Made by a program: the position numbers and the translations under genes. A stretch of 64,000 nt of DNA from an uncultured Candidatus Saccharibacteria bacterium (lineage in GTDB: Bacteria > Patescibacteriota > Minisyncoccia > Phycocordibacterales > UBA9973): NCBI GenBank assembly GCA_964631935.1, contig CAZWAV010000003.1, forward strand, positions 10,894-74,893, read 5' to 3'. Below, piece after piece: positions 50,212-58,944 of this stretch (position 1 is the stretch's first letter; each line of letters starts with the position of its first letter). The notes below the pieces were generated by a model, which worked only from the letters and a program-made list of their open reading frames with translations, searched no databases and was not told the origin of the DNA.

Positions 50212-51138
50212 ATGGCTATCGGAACAATGATTGTAACAATATTAGGACTTTGTCTTTTTGAAATAGTAAGTAGTATCGATAACGCTGTTATAAACGCAGA
50301 AGTTCTAAGCACAATGGGTAAAAAAGCAAGACGATGGTTCCTTATATGGGGCTTTTTGATTGCAGTATTCCTCGTACGTGGGTTACTCCCTTGGGCTATT
50401 ATATGGGGAGCGACACCGGGGATCGGTCCAATGGGAGCTCTAACTGCTACTTTTTCTAATGATCCATCCGTTCATACGGCTATTGAATCTGCTGCACCGA
50501 TACTTCTTATGGGCGGAGGAGTATTCCTAGTATTTCTATTCTTTCATTGGCTTTTTCTTGAAAAAAAGAATTTTGGTCTTTTCGGAGAAAAGTTCTTTGC
50601 TCGTCATGGAGTGTGGTTCTTCGCAACTGTATCTATAATACTTTCTATAATTGTCTGGTACGCGATGAAGATAAACCCTATGCTTGCCTTTGGCGCTGTT
50701 ATAGGATCAACTGCATTTTTTATAACTCATGGTTTCAAAGAGAATGCTGAGAAGGTAGAGAGAGAGCTTGTCGAAGGGACAAGCAACATGAGTGACATGT
50801 CAAAAATTTTATACCTTGAGATTATCGATGCGACATTCTCTATAGATGGAGTACTTGGCGCGTTTGCTTTTACCCTATCTATCCCCCTCATACTTATCGG
50901 AAATGGATTAGGGGCATTCGTACTTCGTAAGCTTACCATTGGAAACATCGATCGTATTAAAAAATATATTTATCTAAAAAATGGTGCGATGTATTCTATA
51001 TTTGCTCTTGGCGGAATCATGGTAGCTGATGGATTCGGAGTACATATCCCAGCCCTTGTCTCCCCTGTTGTGACATTCATCATCATTGGTTACTTCTTTT
51101 TTAAATCAAAAAATGCGCTAGGTGAAGTCACTCAATAA
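50212..51138 (+). CDS. TerC/DUF475-family integral membrane protein
   Basis: EIVSSIDNAVINAEVL resembles the TerC-family S(I/V)DNA motif, repeated in the C-terminal half (EIIDATFSIDGVLGAFAFT). Confidence 0.5.
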   Translation: MAIGTMIVTILGLCLFEIVSSIDNAVINAEVLSTMGKKARRWFLIWGFLIAVFLVRGLLPWAIIWGATPGIGPMGALTATFSNDPSVHTAIESAAPILLMGGGVFLVFLFFHWLFLEKKNFGLFGEKFFARHGVWFFATVSIILSIIVWYAMKINPMLAFGAVIGSTAFFITHGFKENAEKVERELVEGTSNMSDMSKILYLEIIDATFSIDGVLGAFAFTLSIPLILIGNGLGAFVLRKLTIGNIDRIKKYIYLKNGAMYSIFALGGIMVADGFGVHIPALVSPVVTFIIIGYFFFKSKNALGEVTQ

Positions 51139-51193
51139 AAAAAGCGCCCAGAAAGTTTTTAACTTCCCAGGTCGCTTTGCACTTACTAACCCC

Positions 51194-51511
51194 TTAGTTG
51201 CTTTGGCCTAATGGCACCAATTGTAATCCCTGGACATTGTTAGCCAGAATGTACGGTTCAACATTGTCATTTTGAATAGCTTTTTTCTTCTCCAATTCCA
51301 ATTTGTGTTGAACACAGGCATCTTTCCAGTTTACTACGGTACAATTGGGGTGCCCATTGGCTTTATACCTTTTGTACGCATCCTTTTGGTCTGAGTTTAA
51401 TTTTTCAAACTCTTCTTCTTCAGGTGTGAGCTGTCTTTTGATTGGTTGAAATGTTGTTCCTTGCGCTTTGATTGAATTTTTCCTTTTCATTTGGAATAGT
51501 TTTGGGGTCAA
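51194..51511 (-). CDS. hypothetical small basic protein
   Basis: Intact 105-aa ORF, Lys/Glu-rich, no recognisable family. Confidence 0.3.
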   Translation of the reverse strand: MTPKLFQMKRKNSIKAQGTTFQPIKRQLTPEEEEFEKLNSDQKDAYKRYKANGHPNCTVVNWKDACVQHKLELEKKKAIQNDNVEPYILANNVQGLQLVPLGQSN

Positions 51512-51570
51512 TAATTAATGATCGGTTTTTATTACTATGACAATAGCATCTTATTTATAAGATGTCAATA

Positions 51571-51924
51571 TTACACTCTCCCATATTTATCTTCGTATCG
51601 TACAATGTCCCCTTCATCAAATTCCCCTATTGAAATCTCAAGGACTTCCAACCCATCCGGCCCTGCTTTAATTCTATGTTTAGAACCCACTGGCACATAT
51701 TGCTCAAAATTTTTCTCAACTTTGTAGTCTTGGCTATCTATATAAAATACTCCACTTCCAGAAACAACTCTCCAGAATTCTGATCTTTTGTTATGGCTCT
51801 GAAGACTCAATTCTTCGTTTGCCTTTATGGTTATTATTTTTACAGTAGATGGGGTGTTTTCAATAAACCTGCGGAAATTGCCCCACGGTCGCTCTTCTTC
51901 ATAGATATTTATTTCTTCTGACAT
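51571..51924 (-). CDS. cupin-fold protein (mannose-6-phosphate isomerase type II C-terminal-domain-like)
   Basis: RPWGNF......K.I.I.....LSLQ.H..R.E.W.VV.G....I; 117 aa. Confidence 0.65.
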   Translation of the reverse strand: MSEEINIYEEERPWGNFRRFIENTPSTVKIITIKANEELSLQSHNKRSEFWRVVSGSGVFYIDSQDYKVEKNFEQYVPVGSKHRIKAGPDGLEVLEISIGEFDEGDIVRYEDKYGRV

Positions 51925-51959
51925 ATGAAAATTATATCATATGTCGCTATTTTAAATTA

Positions 51960-52628
51960 TTAGATACTTGCCCTATTAACCTCAGAATACTTCCATGCCC
52001 TATAAGATGTATAAATGAAAACAAAAGAAATACCAGTAAAAAGATAGGCATCCATATATTGATTGGGCTTAGTAACAATATTAGATACATTTGTAAAAAT
52101 AAGTGATGCATCAGAAAATACATCCCAGCTGTTAAATCTCATAAATCTACCAAGATACATACCGAATGAAGTTAAAAATGTTATAGCCACAATAGCGAGA
52201 GAAGTTATTTTTTCTGAATATTTATATCTTAATATTTTTTCTACGTGAGACAATGAATACATAAATAAAATCATCCCCACCCAAGCTGCAGAGAAAATAA
52301 GAAATGTATCATAGAGAAGTGGTGCGTTGTGATTACGACCAAGGTGTATCAGATCGGTCACTATGTATGGAGCATTGGGCAATGTCAGTAACCATAAGAT
52401 TCCTCCAGCAATAAGTAAGCTTTGTTTTAATTTATTCTTCTCTGTATAGTGCAAAAGAAAAGAACTAATGATAAAAGGTATAATAGCTAAAAATATATTC
52501 CAAAAAAGATATATATAGTAAGTAGATTGGAAAACTATAAATCTTGTGAGATTTAATACAATAGTAAGCAGAAGTAATAATAATATCTGCTTTGGTATGT
52601 TAAGTATCTTTGTTTTTTGAGATTCCAT
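51960..52628 (-). CDS. DUF1361-like polytopic membrane protein
   Basis: WNIFLAIIPF, LPNAPYIVTDLIHL and RFNSWDVF motifs recall DUF1361. Confidence 0.45.
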   Translation of the reverse strand: MESQKTKILNIPKQILLLLLLTIVLNLTRFIVFQSTYYIYLFWNIFLAIIPFIISSFLLHYTEKNKLKQSLLIAGGILWLLTLPNAPYIVTDLIHLGRNHNAPLLYDTFLIFSAAWVGMILFMYSLSHVEKILRYKYSEKITSLAIVAITFLTSFGMYLGRFMRFNSWDVFSDASLIFTNVSNIVTKPNQYMDAYLFTGISFVFIYTSYRAWKYSEVNRASI

Positions 52629-52638
52629 CTAATTTAGA

Positions 52639-53037
52639 TTAAACAAGCATCGATGTGCAGTGTGGACATCTTCGAGCATCGATAGATATCTCGCTCATGC
52701 AGTCACGACATTTCTTAGTAGTCGGATCAATAGGTGCTCCCTTCTTTGTACGGGCGATTAGTAGATTTATTGGCGTAACAACAAAGAAATATATAGCACA
52801 AGCCACAAGTATAAAAGAAAGGAGGGCGTTTATAAATTCGCCATACATAAATTTACTACCATTTATAGTAAAGAATAGTTCGTGGAAATCCGGCACTTTT
52901 GCAATAGCTCCAATTAGAGGAGTAATCAAATCTTTCACAAGAGAAGCGACGACAGCACTAAATGCAGCACCGATAACCACACCGACTGCTAAATCCACAA
53001 CATTTCCTCTTAAAATAAACTGTTTAAAGCCTTTCAT
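52639..53037 (-). CDS. mscL: large-conductance mechanosensitive channel MscL with C-terminal C4 zinc-ribbon
   Basis: FKQFILRGNVVDLAVGVVIGAAF...LI.PLIG is canonical MscL TM1; two TM helices; C-terminus CRDCMSEISIDARRCPHC instead of a helical bundle. The ORF track extends to TTG 53127; the ATG at 53037 is preferred. Confidence 0.8.
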   Translation of the reverse strand: MKGFKQFILRGNVVDLAVGVVIGAAFSAVVASLVKDLITPLIGAIAKVPDFHELFFTINGSKFMYGEFINALLSFILVACAIYFFVVTPINLLIARTKKGAPIDPTTKKCRDCMSEISIDARRCPHCTSMLV

Positions 53038-53173
53038 TTTATATTGAAGTTTGATTACCAATAATAGACCTATTATACCAAGCAAAATAAACCCTGTATA
53101 CTCATTTGACACAATTGAAATAATCAATTATAATGACAAAGAACAATATTAAAAACATCAAACCCCAAAAGCA

Positions 53174-53581
53174 ATGAGCACGATTGAGACTAGTTTCAAT
53201 GATGAAGATGTCATCTTTGAAACATCAATTGAAGGAATATCACTTCCTAAGTTAAAAAGCTTCTGCATGGCAACCAACAGCACCCTAAGGGATTATTATG
53301 AGAGAAAAAAACACTACGTCCCAGGTGTTTACGTAATTGCAATGTTTAGGCACATTGTAAAGAAACTTTACAAAGAAAACCCAAATTTTCCGCTTAAAAA
53401 ACTAAAAAGTTTTTATGGTCACAATGGTGGTACCATAGAAAATCGTATTTTCATTAATGAGAAATTAACCTACCGGTTCGCTAAAGTTTCTACAAATGGA
53501 AATAAGATTCAGCTAAAAGTTGAAATAACAAGGAATGGAGGAGAAATAGTTTTAAAAGGATTATTTCAATTTGTTAAGTAA
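53174..53581 (+). CDS. hypothetical protein
   Basis: Intact 135-aa ORF with no recognisable family. Confidence 0.35.
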   Translation: MSTIETSFNDEDVIFETSIEGISLPKLKSFCMATNSTLRDYYERKKHYVPGVYVIAMFRHIVKKLYKENPNFPLKKLKSFYGHNGGTIENRIFINEKLTYRFAKVSTNGNKIQLKVEITRNGGEIVLKGLFQFVK

Positions 53582-53642
53582 TATTACAATCGTTTTAGTG
53601 ATTATCAACAATGGACCGAATTTTTATTCGGTCTTTTTTATT

Positions 53643-53716
53643 GGGGGGCTACTGGGAATCGAACCCAGATCGAAGGTTCCACAAACCTCAGTGTTAACCG
53701 TTACACCATAGCCCCC
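53643..53716 (-). tRNA. tRNA-His (GTG)
   Basis: Reverse complement GGGGGCTATGGTGTAACGGTTAACACT-GAGGT-TTGTGGA-ACCTT-CGAT-CTGGGTTCGATTCCCAG-TAGCCCCCC folds as a cloverleaf with anticodon GTG. Extra 5' G is consistent with His G-1; no encoded CCA. Confidence 0.85.
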
Positions 53717-53785
53717 ATATCGTTGCCCTACAATAAAAGTAGGACGATTACCCTGTTATACCAGAAAATCGCTTATAAATCTAGC

Positions 53786-54205
53786 TTAATATGCGATTAG
53801 ATGGAGATAAGAAAATAAAGCTATAAGAATAGAAGTTAGAGCAGATGATAGACACCATACACACCAATGTTTAACAACAAACGCTTGAATGGAAACTAAA
53901 TAAAGAGAGAATAAACATGCGCATAAACTAATACCTAAAAGTACTATAGCAACTTGGTACGACCACGCTCCTCCTATAAAAATAAAAGTATAAGCACTTC
54001 CAATAAATGCATAGTAAACCATACCTAGTACTTCGACAGGAATTCCAATTATTTTCGAATAGTCAGAATGTATAACCGTATCGCATGTTGAATACCTAGG
54101 ACAGATGAGCTTTTTCTTGGCTTTTTTCTTGCTATATATATAAAAAGACAAGAAGAAACCACAGAGCCCGAGTAGGCTGATAATATTTACAAAAATTATA
54201 TCCAT
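53786..54205 (-). CDS. vitamin K epoxide reductase (VKOR)-family membrane protein
   Basis: 4 TM; loop cysteines CPRYSTC and TM4 active site CVWC, the VKOR arrangement. Confidence 0.6.
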   Translation of the reverse strand: MDIIFVNIISLLGLCGFFLSFYIYSKKKAKKKLICPRYSTCDTVIHSDYSKIIGIPVEVLGMVYYAFIGSAYTFIFIGGAWSYQVAIVLLGISLCACLFSLYLVSIQAFVVKHWCVWCLSSALTSILIALFSYLHLIAY

Positions 54206-54206
54206 A

Positions 54207-56381
54207 TTATTGGCAGATTGCGCCTTTCGGCACAGTGTTAAGAATAGTAGTTGTCCCCTTGCTGTCTACACAGAAAGAAGTATTTGGATCGCTCGAGAGC
54301 GGTGCAGAAAGTGCCCAAGCATCAGGAGTAGAGTAGCAAGAAAGTGCTCCGCCTGTTGTGCTTAGGATTTCATTCATCAGACTAGCAATATTACCGACAA
54401 CTACATTTGCCCCTTTTACGTGACCAATTGGTGAGAATAGTGAGCTTGGGTTTGGATTTGTACAGCTACCTGTAGGATTTGTACGTTTGCCATAGCTACC
54501 GATTGCGTTATGGAAGTTATTAGCAAGTGGCTTGAAAGCAGAAATCTTGTCTTTTATTTTCATATCTGTAATCTTTTTCATAAACTCATCTACACTTATA
54601 GATGCCTCAGGGAAAGGAATATCGTTAGAGACATCAAAATCATAGTAAGTAGTTTTCCAATCAAGGCTTACTACATTGCCAGCGATACCTTTGTCGTCGA
54701 GACCTATAAGTCTAGAGAGTGGTGTCTTTAGAGTAAATTTATATTGATGTATTTTACTATCGTCCTTCCCTATCCAAACTTCTAGTGAGTCGAGAGTAAC
54801 TGCTCCAAGTCTTTCGTCTAAAATACTTTTCTCTGCATTAGATAAATTTTTTGTAAATACACTTATGAATTGAGATACTAGTTTTTTTGTTGCCTCTTTG
54901 TCAGCACTTAGTTCGTAATGATAAGACAAAACTCCATGTATAGATTCTTGTTCCTTTTCTATTACAGTGACACTGTTAACAAAATCTTTAAAGATTGACC
55001 CTGTTTCATTATTTATATAAGAAGGCACTCCAATAGAAAGGAGTTTTTCGATATCAATTTTAGTAAACTTATCAGCAATACTATCTGGGAGTAGAGCTAT
55101 AAATGAATCAAACTGGCCTTTCGGTACTAAGACTACTTCTGGCTTGGGTGTATTCATGCCAAGTAATTCACTTAAATCAGGAGTAGTTACAAAGGTAGTT
55201 AAATCATTATATCTAAGCTTGGTTATAATATCATCTTTAAAAAAGGAACTCTTAAAAGTGGCATCGTATGAGAAAACTGGAGATAAGCCACTTTCGTGAT
55301 TTACAATTCCTTTGGCTGACAAAGAGACCGTATCTGTGTCTTTAGATGAAACAGCCTCCCCGCTTACTAAACCAGATGTAATATCTGCAATAGACGGAGC
55401 TGTAACGCTTGCAGTTGTTTGTATCTTATATGATTTCAACTCATCAAGAATAATAGGTGCGTTTACTAATAGAAGTTTGGGGTCTTTTTTAATAAATGAA
55501 AAATTAAAAGATGGTAATTTTATATAGTCTTCCATGAAAGCAAAAACTGACCCGCCAATAGCACTCAATATCAATATAACAATAAGCCATTTTAGTAGTG
55601 TATTTCTTTTTTTCTTTGATAGTTCTGTGTTTACTTGATTGGCAGATGACAAAACTTTTTGATATGAGTGGAGTAAAGCACTATTAGGCAAATCTGTAAT
55701 CGTAGACATTCTTGATGATAGTGGAATAGCTTGATTTATTTTTAAGCTAGGTGCTGGAACAGGATTTATTATTGGTTTTACTAATGTTGGTATTACTGGT
55801 GTAGGTGTTATTGCTGGAGGGTTTTTGGGTATAAGCGTAGGTATTAGTTCTTCTTCTTGAACTTCTATATTTCTTACACTAGGATACTCGATAGCTTTGG
55901 CTGGAGCAGGAGCAGAGATAGGTTCAGATACTTTTGGATTGGCTTCGCTAAAGCTATTTGAAAATACAGGTTTTATTGGTGTAGAATTTTGGTTATTTTG
56001 ATTTTCTATTTCGGGCTTCTTTTCTATTGTTGGAGTAGATACAGGGATCGATAGTTCTTTGGGTGTCAATTTTATAGGAGCCCATATTTTATCTGGTACT
56101 TGCTGTGGCTCATCTGCAACTATTTTTTCAAGATATGGATCAGGTCCTTCTCTTTTTTCTGTAACATTAGTATTGATAGGCACAGATAAGGGTTTAACTA
56201 CTGGTGGAGTTACGGGTTTAGGAATACTTATAGGCGGAGTTGGTGGATTTATTTTTCTAAATGCTTCTTCTACATCATCTTTATGCCAACCTTTATCAAG
56301 TAGGCGTGAAGTAATAAAACTATCAGAAATATTTTTCCTACGTTGTGCCTGAATATAGGCAATTAAATCCTCAGTTATCAT
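54207..56381 (-). CDS. large bitopic membrane protein: small N-terminal cytoplasmic domain, Pro-rich linker, TM, ~450-aa extracellular domain with C-terminal Cys cluster
   Basis: 724 aa; PTPPISIPKPVTPPVVKP low-complexity region; TM LLKWLIVILILSAIGGSVFAF; no recognisable family. Confidence 0.5.
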   Translation of the reverse strand: MITEDLIAYIQAQRRKNISDSFITSRLLDKGWHKDDVEEAFRKINPPTPPISIPKPVTPPVVKPLSVPINTNVTEKREGPDPYLEKIVADEPQQVPDKIWAPIKLTPKELSIPVSTPTIEKKPEIENQNNQNSTPIKPVFSNSFSEANPKVSEPISAPAPAKAIEYPSVRNIEVQEEELIPTLIPKNPPAITPTPVIPTLVKPIINPVPAPSLKINQAIPLSSRMSTITDLPNSALLHSYQKVLSSANQVNTELSKKKRNTLLKWLIVILILSAIGGSVFAFMEDYIKLPSFNFSFIKKDPKLLLVNAPIILDELKSYKIQTTASVTAPSIADITSGLVSGEAVSSKDTDTVSLSAKGIVNHESGLSPVFSYDATFKSSFFKDDIITKLRYNDLTTFVTTPDLSELLGMNTPKPEVVLVPKGQFDSFIALLPDSIADKFTKIDIEKLLSIGVPSYINNETGSIFKDFVNSVTVIEKEQESIHGVLSYHYELSADKEATKKLVSQFISVFTKNLSNAEKSILDERLGAVTLDSLEVWIGKDDSKIHQYKFTLKTPLSRLIGLDDKGIAGNVVSLDWKTTYYDFDVSNDIPFPEASISVDEFMKKITDMKIKDKISAFKPLANNFHNAIGSYGKRTNPTGSCTNPNPSSLFSPIGHVKGANVVVGNIASLMNEILSTTGGALSCYSTPDAWALSAPLSSDPNTSFCVDSKGTTTILNTVPKGAICQ

Positions 56382-56406
56382 ATATACTATAGTATATCAC
56401 CTCGGT

Positions 56407-56964
56407 TTAAAATTCATAGATATAAATCTTATTTTTTGATTTTTTTGCAGTAAATTCTTTATCTGGTTGTTTCTGTGTAAATTTAAAATTCATAGAAACT
56501 AGTCTTGTTCCTGGCTTAAGTTCTCTGTCGAACTTAGGAAGTAAGTCATCCATAACATTTGGGTACAAATATATGAATATATGTGTGGCGTTAGATAAAT
56601 CTTGAGCAAAAAAATCTTTATTAAGAATACTTATTTTTATATTTTTTGTTTTTTTCTCCCACCAAGCTCTAGTTTTCGCAAGAATAAGAGGAAAGGGACT
56701 ACTCTCAATCCCTAGATAAGTAGCCCTAGGAATAATTTTTGATATATAGAAGAGCACACGTCCATCATTGCAACCGAGATCATATACCATACTATTATCT
56801 TTTACATCTAAGGCTTCGCAAATATCAGGAATTATAGAATTATGGACTGGAGCAAATGGTACTTTTGAACGATACCCTGTGGCCATCCACAACACAAGAA
56901 GCACGAATACAATAAAAAGTATAAGTATTAAGATCCAGCTTAGAATATTAAATATTAAAAACAT
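56407..56964 (-). CDS. membrane-anchored class I SAM-dependent methyltransferase-like protein
   Basis: Motif I VYDLGCNDGRV; N-terminal TM helix. Confidence 0.5.
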   Translation of the reverse strand: MFLIFNILSWILILILFIVFVLLVLWMATGYRSKVPFAPVHNSIIPDICEALDVKDNSMVYDLGCNDGRVLFYISKIIPRATYLGIESSPFPLILAKTRAWWEKKTKNIKISILNKDFFAQDLSNATHIFIYLYPNVMDDLLPKFDRELKPGTRLVSMNFKFTQKQPDKEFTAKKSKNKIYIYEF

Positions 56965-56968
56965 AAAT

Positions 56969-57526
56969 TTATTCTTTCCAATCTATGTGCTTTTCTTCAC
57001 GAATAGCACATGTACGATTAACAAAATCTTCACGACCTGAACCCTTTCGGTAGGCCATATAATGAGCTGGATTTTTCTCGGCATAATTCTGGTGATATTC
57101 TTCTGCCTTATAAAAAGGTGCTAATTCTAGAACTTCCACTGCGTGGGGTTTATCATAAATATGACTATCGTCTAATTCTTTAAGTAGACCTTCCGCAATC
57201 ATTTTCTCTTCATCTGTACTAAAATAAATTGCTGTTTTGTAGCTTCCACCCCTATCCCCAAACTGGCCACCTTCATCAGTCGGATCTATATGGTCAAGGA
57301 AAAACTGCACAAGCTTTTTGTAAGAATTTTTGTTTGAATCATATTCTACTTCTATCGCTTCACGATGACCTTTATGATTCTCATATGTCGGATTTGTAGA
57401 TTCCCCTCCTGTGTACCCAGATACTATATTTGTAACACCCATTGCTTCATGAAAATCATGCTCAACACACCAGAAACATCCCCCTGCAAAAATAGCTTTA
57501 TTCATATTATTTATTGTTACTGACAT
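56969..57526 (-). CDS. msrA: peptide-methionine (S)-S-oxide reductase MsrA
   Basis: AIFAGGCFWCVE active site, HDPT-like and GGQF/GDRG motifs. Alternative ATG at 57505 (MNKAIFAGG) would avoid overlap with the upstream gene. Confidence 0.9.
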   Translation of the reverse strand: MSVTINNMNKAIFAGGCFWCVEHDFHEAMGVTNIVSGYTGGESTNPTYENHKGHREAIEVEYDSNKNSYKKLVQFFLDHIDPTDEGGQFGDRGGSYKTAIYFSTDEEKMIAEGLLKELDDSHIYDKPHAVEVLELAPFYKAEEYHQNYAEKNPAHYMAYRKGSGREDFVNRTCAIREEKHIDWKE

Positions 57527-57990
57527 TGTTCTTTAGGCACTCCAAGGCATGGGCCGTATGCTTCATACAAAATAGACACAATTTTATCTACATACGCAGC
57601 ATCACTCGGTACACGCTTTTTATAAACATTTAAATATGCATCAAGATTAAGATAAATATCTCCAGTGAAAGCAGGATCTTTTTTATATTGAACATTTAGA
57701 TTTTCAACCAATATTGGTATCGCAGCTTTTAGATCAGGAATTGATAGAGCTTCTGCATCAGCTTGATATGTCATATATAATTCTTGAGTATCTTCGCCTA
57801 TTGTCTGGGTATCTTTTTCTGTTTGGCTTTGACTTACTTTAGATTTTATATCATTCATTAGATCTGGGTTGTGTTTCTTGTTCCAGATAACCCCAAACGC
57901 AAGGAGAACAATAAAACCCACAGTAATTAATATACTTGATATTTTTAAATCAGATTTAGAATATTGATTTTCCATGTAACCATTATACAA
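57517..57990 (-). CDS. hypothetical membrane-anchored protein
   Basis: 157 aa, single N-terminal TM, C-terminal Cys pair (CLGVPKEQC). Confidence 0.4.
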   Translation of the reverse strand: MYNGYMENQYSKSDLKISSILITVGFIVLLAFGVIWNKKHNPDLMNDIKSKVSQSQTEKDTQTIGEDTQELYMTYQADAEALSIPDLKAAIPILVENLNVQYKKDPAFTGDIYLNLDAYLNVYKKRVPSDAAYVDKIVSILYEAYGPCLGVPKEQCQ

Positions 57991-58023
57991 GAAACACGGA
58001 CGTTTGTCCGTGTTTCTTGTATC

Positions 58024-58353
58024 TTAAGCTTTGGCTTTTTGTGAAAGCTCGTGAAGAATACGACATGGCTCAACAATGCGAGGATCAATGATGTTGTAGT
58101 AGCCATTTAACCCATTGCGTCTTACTGTAACGAGTTTTGCGTGACGAAGCAGTGCTAGGTGTTGTGAGACATTGGCTTTAGTGACTCCTAGGGTTTTAAT
58201 AAGCTGTTCAACAGACATTTCTTGTTCACGGAGTAGGTTTAAAATCTCTAACCTCTTTGGATTAGCTAGGATTTTATATGTTTCGGCATTCTTTTGATAT
58301 GCACTTCTTGGGAGAGGTTGTTTTATCTTCATAGTTTCTAAATTATGCAACAA
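58024..58353 (-). CDS. ArsR/SmtB-family winged-helix transcriptional regulator
   Basis: ILANPKRLEILNLL......V..L.......ANVSQHL..L....LV is an ArsR HTH. Confidence 0.8.
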   Translation of the reverse strand: MLHNLETMKIKQPLPRSAYQKNAETYKILANPKRLEILNLLREQEMSVEQLIKTLGVTKANVSQHLALLRHAKLVTVRRNGLNGYYNIIDPRIVEPCRILHELSQKAKA

Positions 58354-58370
58354 GCAAAGTTAAAAAGCAA

Positions 58371-58940
58371 TCATTTATATAATGGTTTGTTTTCATAAAA
58401 ACCTTCTTGATAATTAGCTAAGCGAGCCAGAGCATACAATACACTTGAGAGTCGATTAAGGAATATAATACTTTCATTGTGAATCACTCTCTCCTCCTTT
58501 TCTTGTAGTAACACAACATGTCTCTCTGCTCTACGTGCAACAGTGCGAACAACATCAAGATAAGCCCCGCATTCTCCACCACCAGGAACAATAAATGATT
58601 TTATTGGTGGTAGTATTGTTTCTACTTCAGAAATAACTTTTTCAAGATAAATTATATGTTTTTTATTTAAGTGTATATCTGAACCACCAATTTCAGCTTG
58701 AATAGAAAATACATTCTGCTGAAGATTATCTATTATTTTTTCATAGGGAATTTTCTCATTTTCCATATAAAAATATGGGTTTGATTTTTTTGAAAGTGCT
58801 TTTGCGTATCCAAGCGATGAATTTAACTCATCTAATGTTCCGAGAACTTCAAAAACAAATGAACCTTTTGAAAGTCTTATTCCTTGGGGGCAGTCGAACA
58901 GTTTAGTTGTTCCATTATCTCCTTTTCCTGTATACAACAT
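58371..58940 (-). CDS. PduO-type ATP:cob(I)alamin adenosyltransferase
   Basis: MLYTGKGDNGTT N-terminus (T.GD.G.T hallmark) and a helical bundle. The ORF track's 5' extension to 59012 overlaps nrdJ and is probably spurious. Confidence 0.8.
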   Translation of the reverse strand: MLYTGKGDNGTTKLFDCPQGIRLSKGSFVFEVLGTLDELNSSLGYAKALSKKSNPYFYMENEKIPYEKIIDNLQQNVFSIQAEIGGSDIHLNKKHIIYLEKVISEVETILPPIKSFIVPGGGECGAYLDVVRTVARRAERHVVLLQEKEERVIHNESIIFLNRLSSVLYALARLANYQEGFYENKPLYK

Positions 58941-58944
58941 AAAA

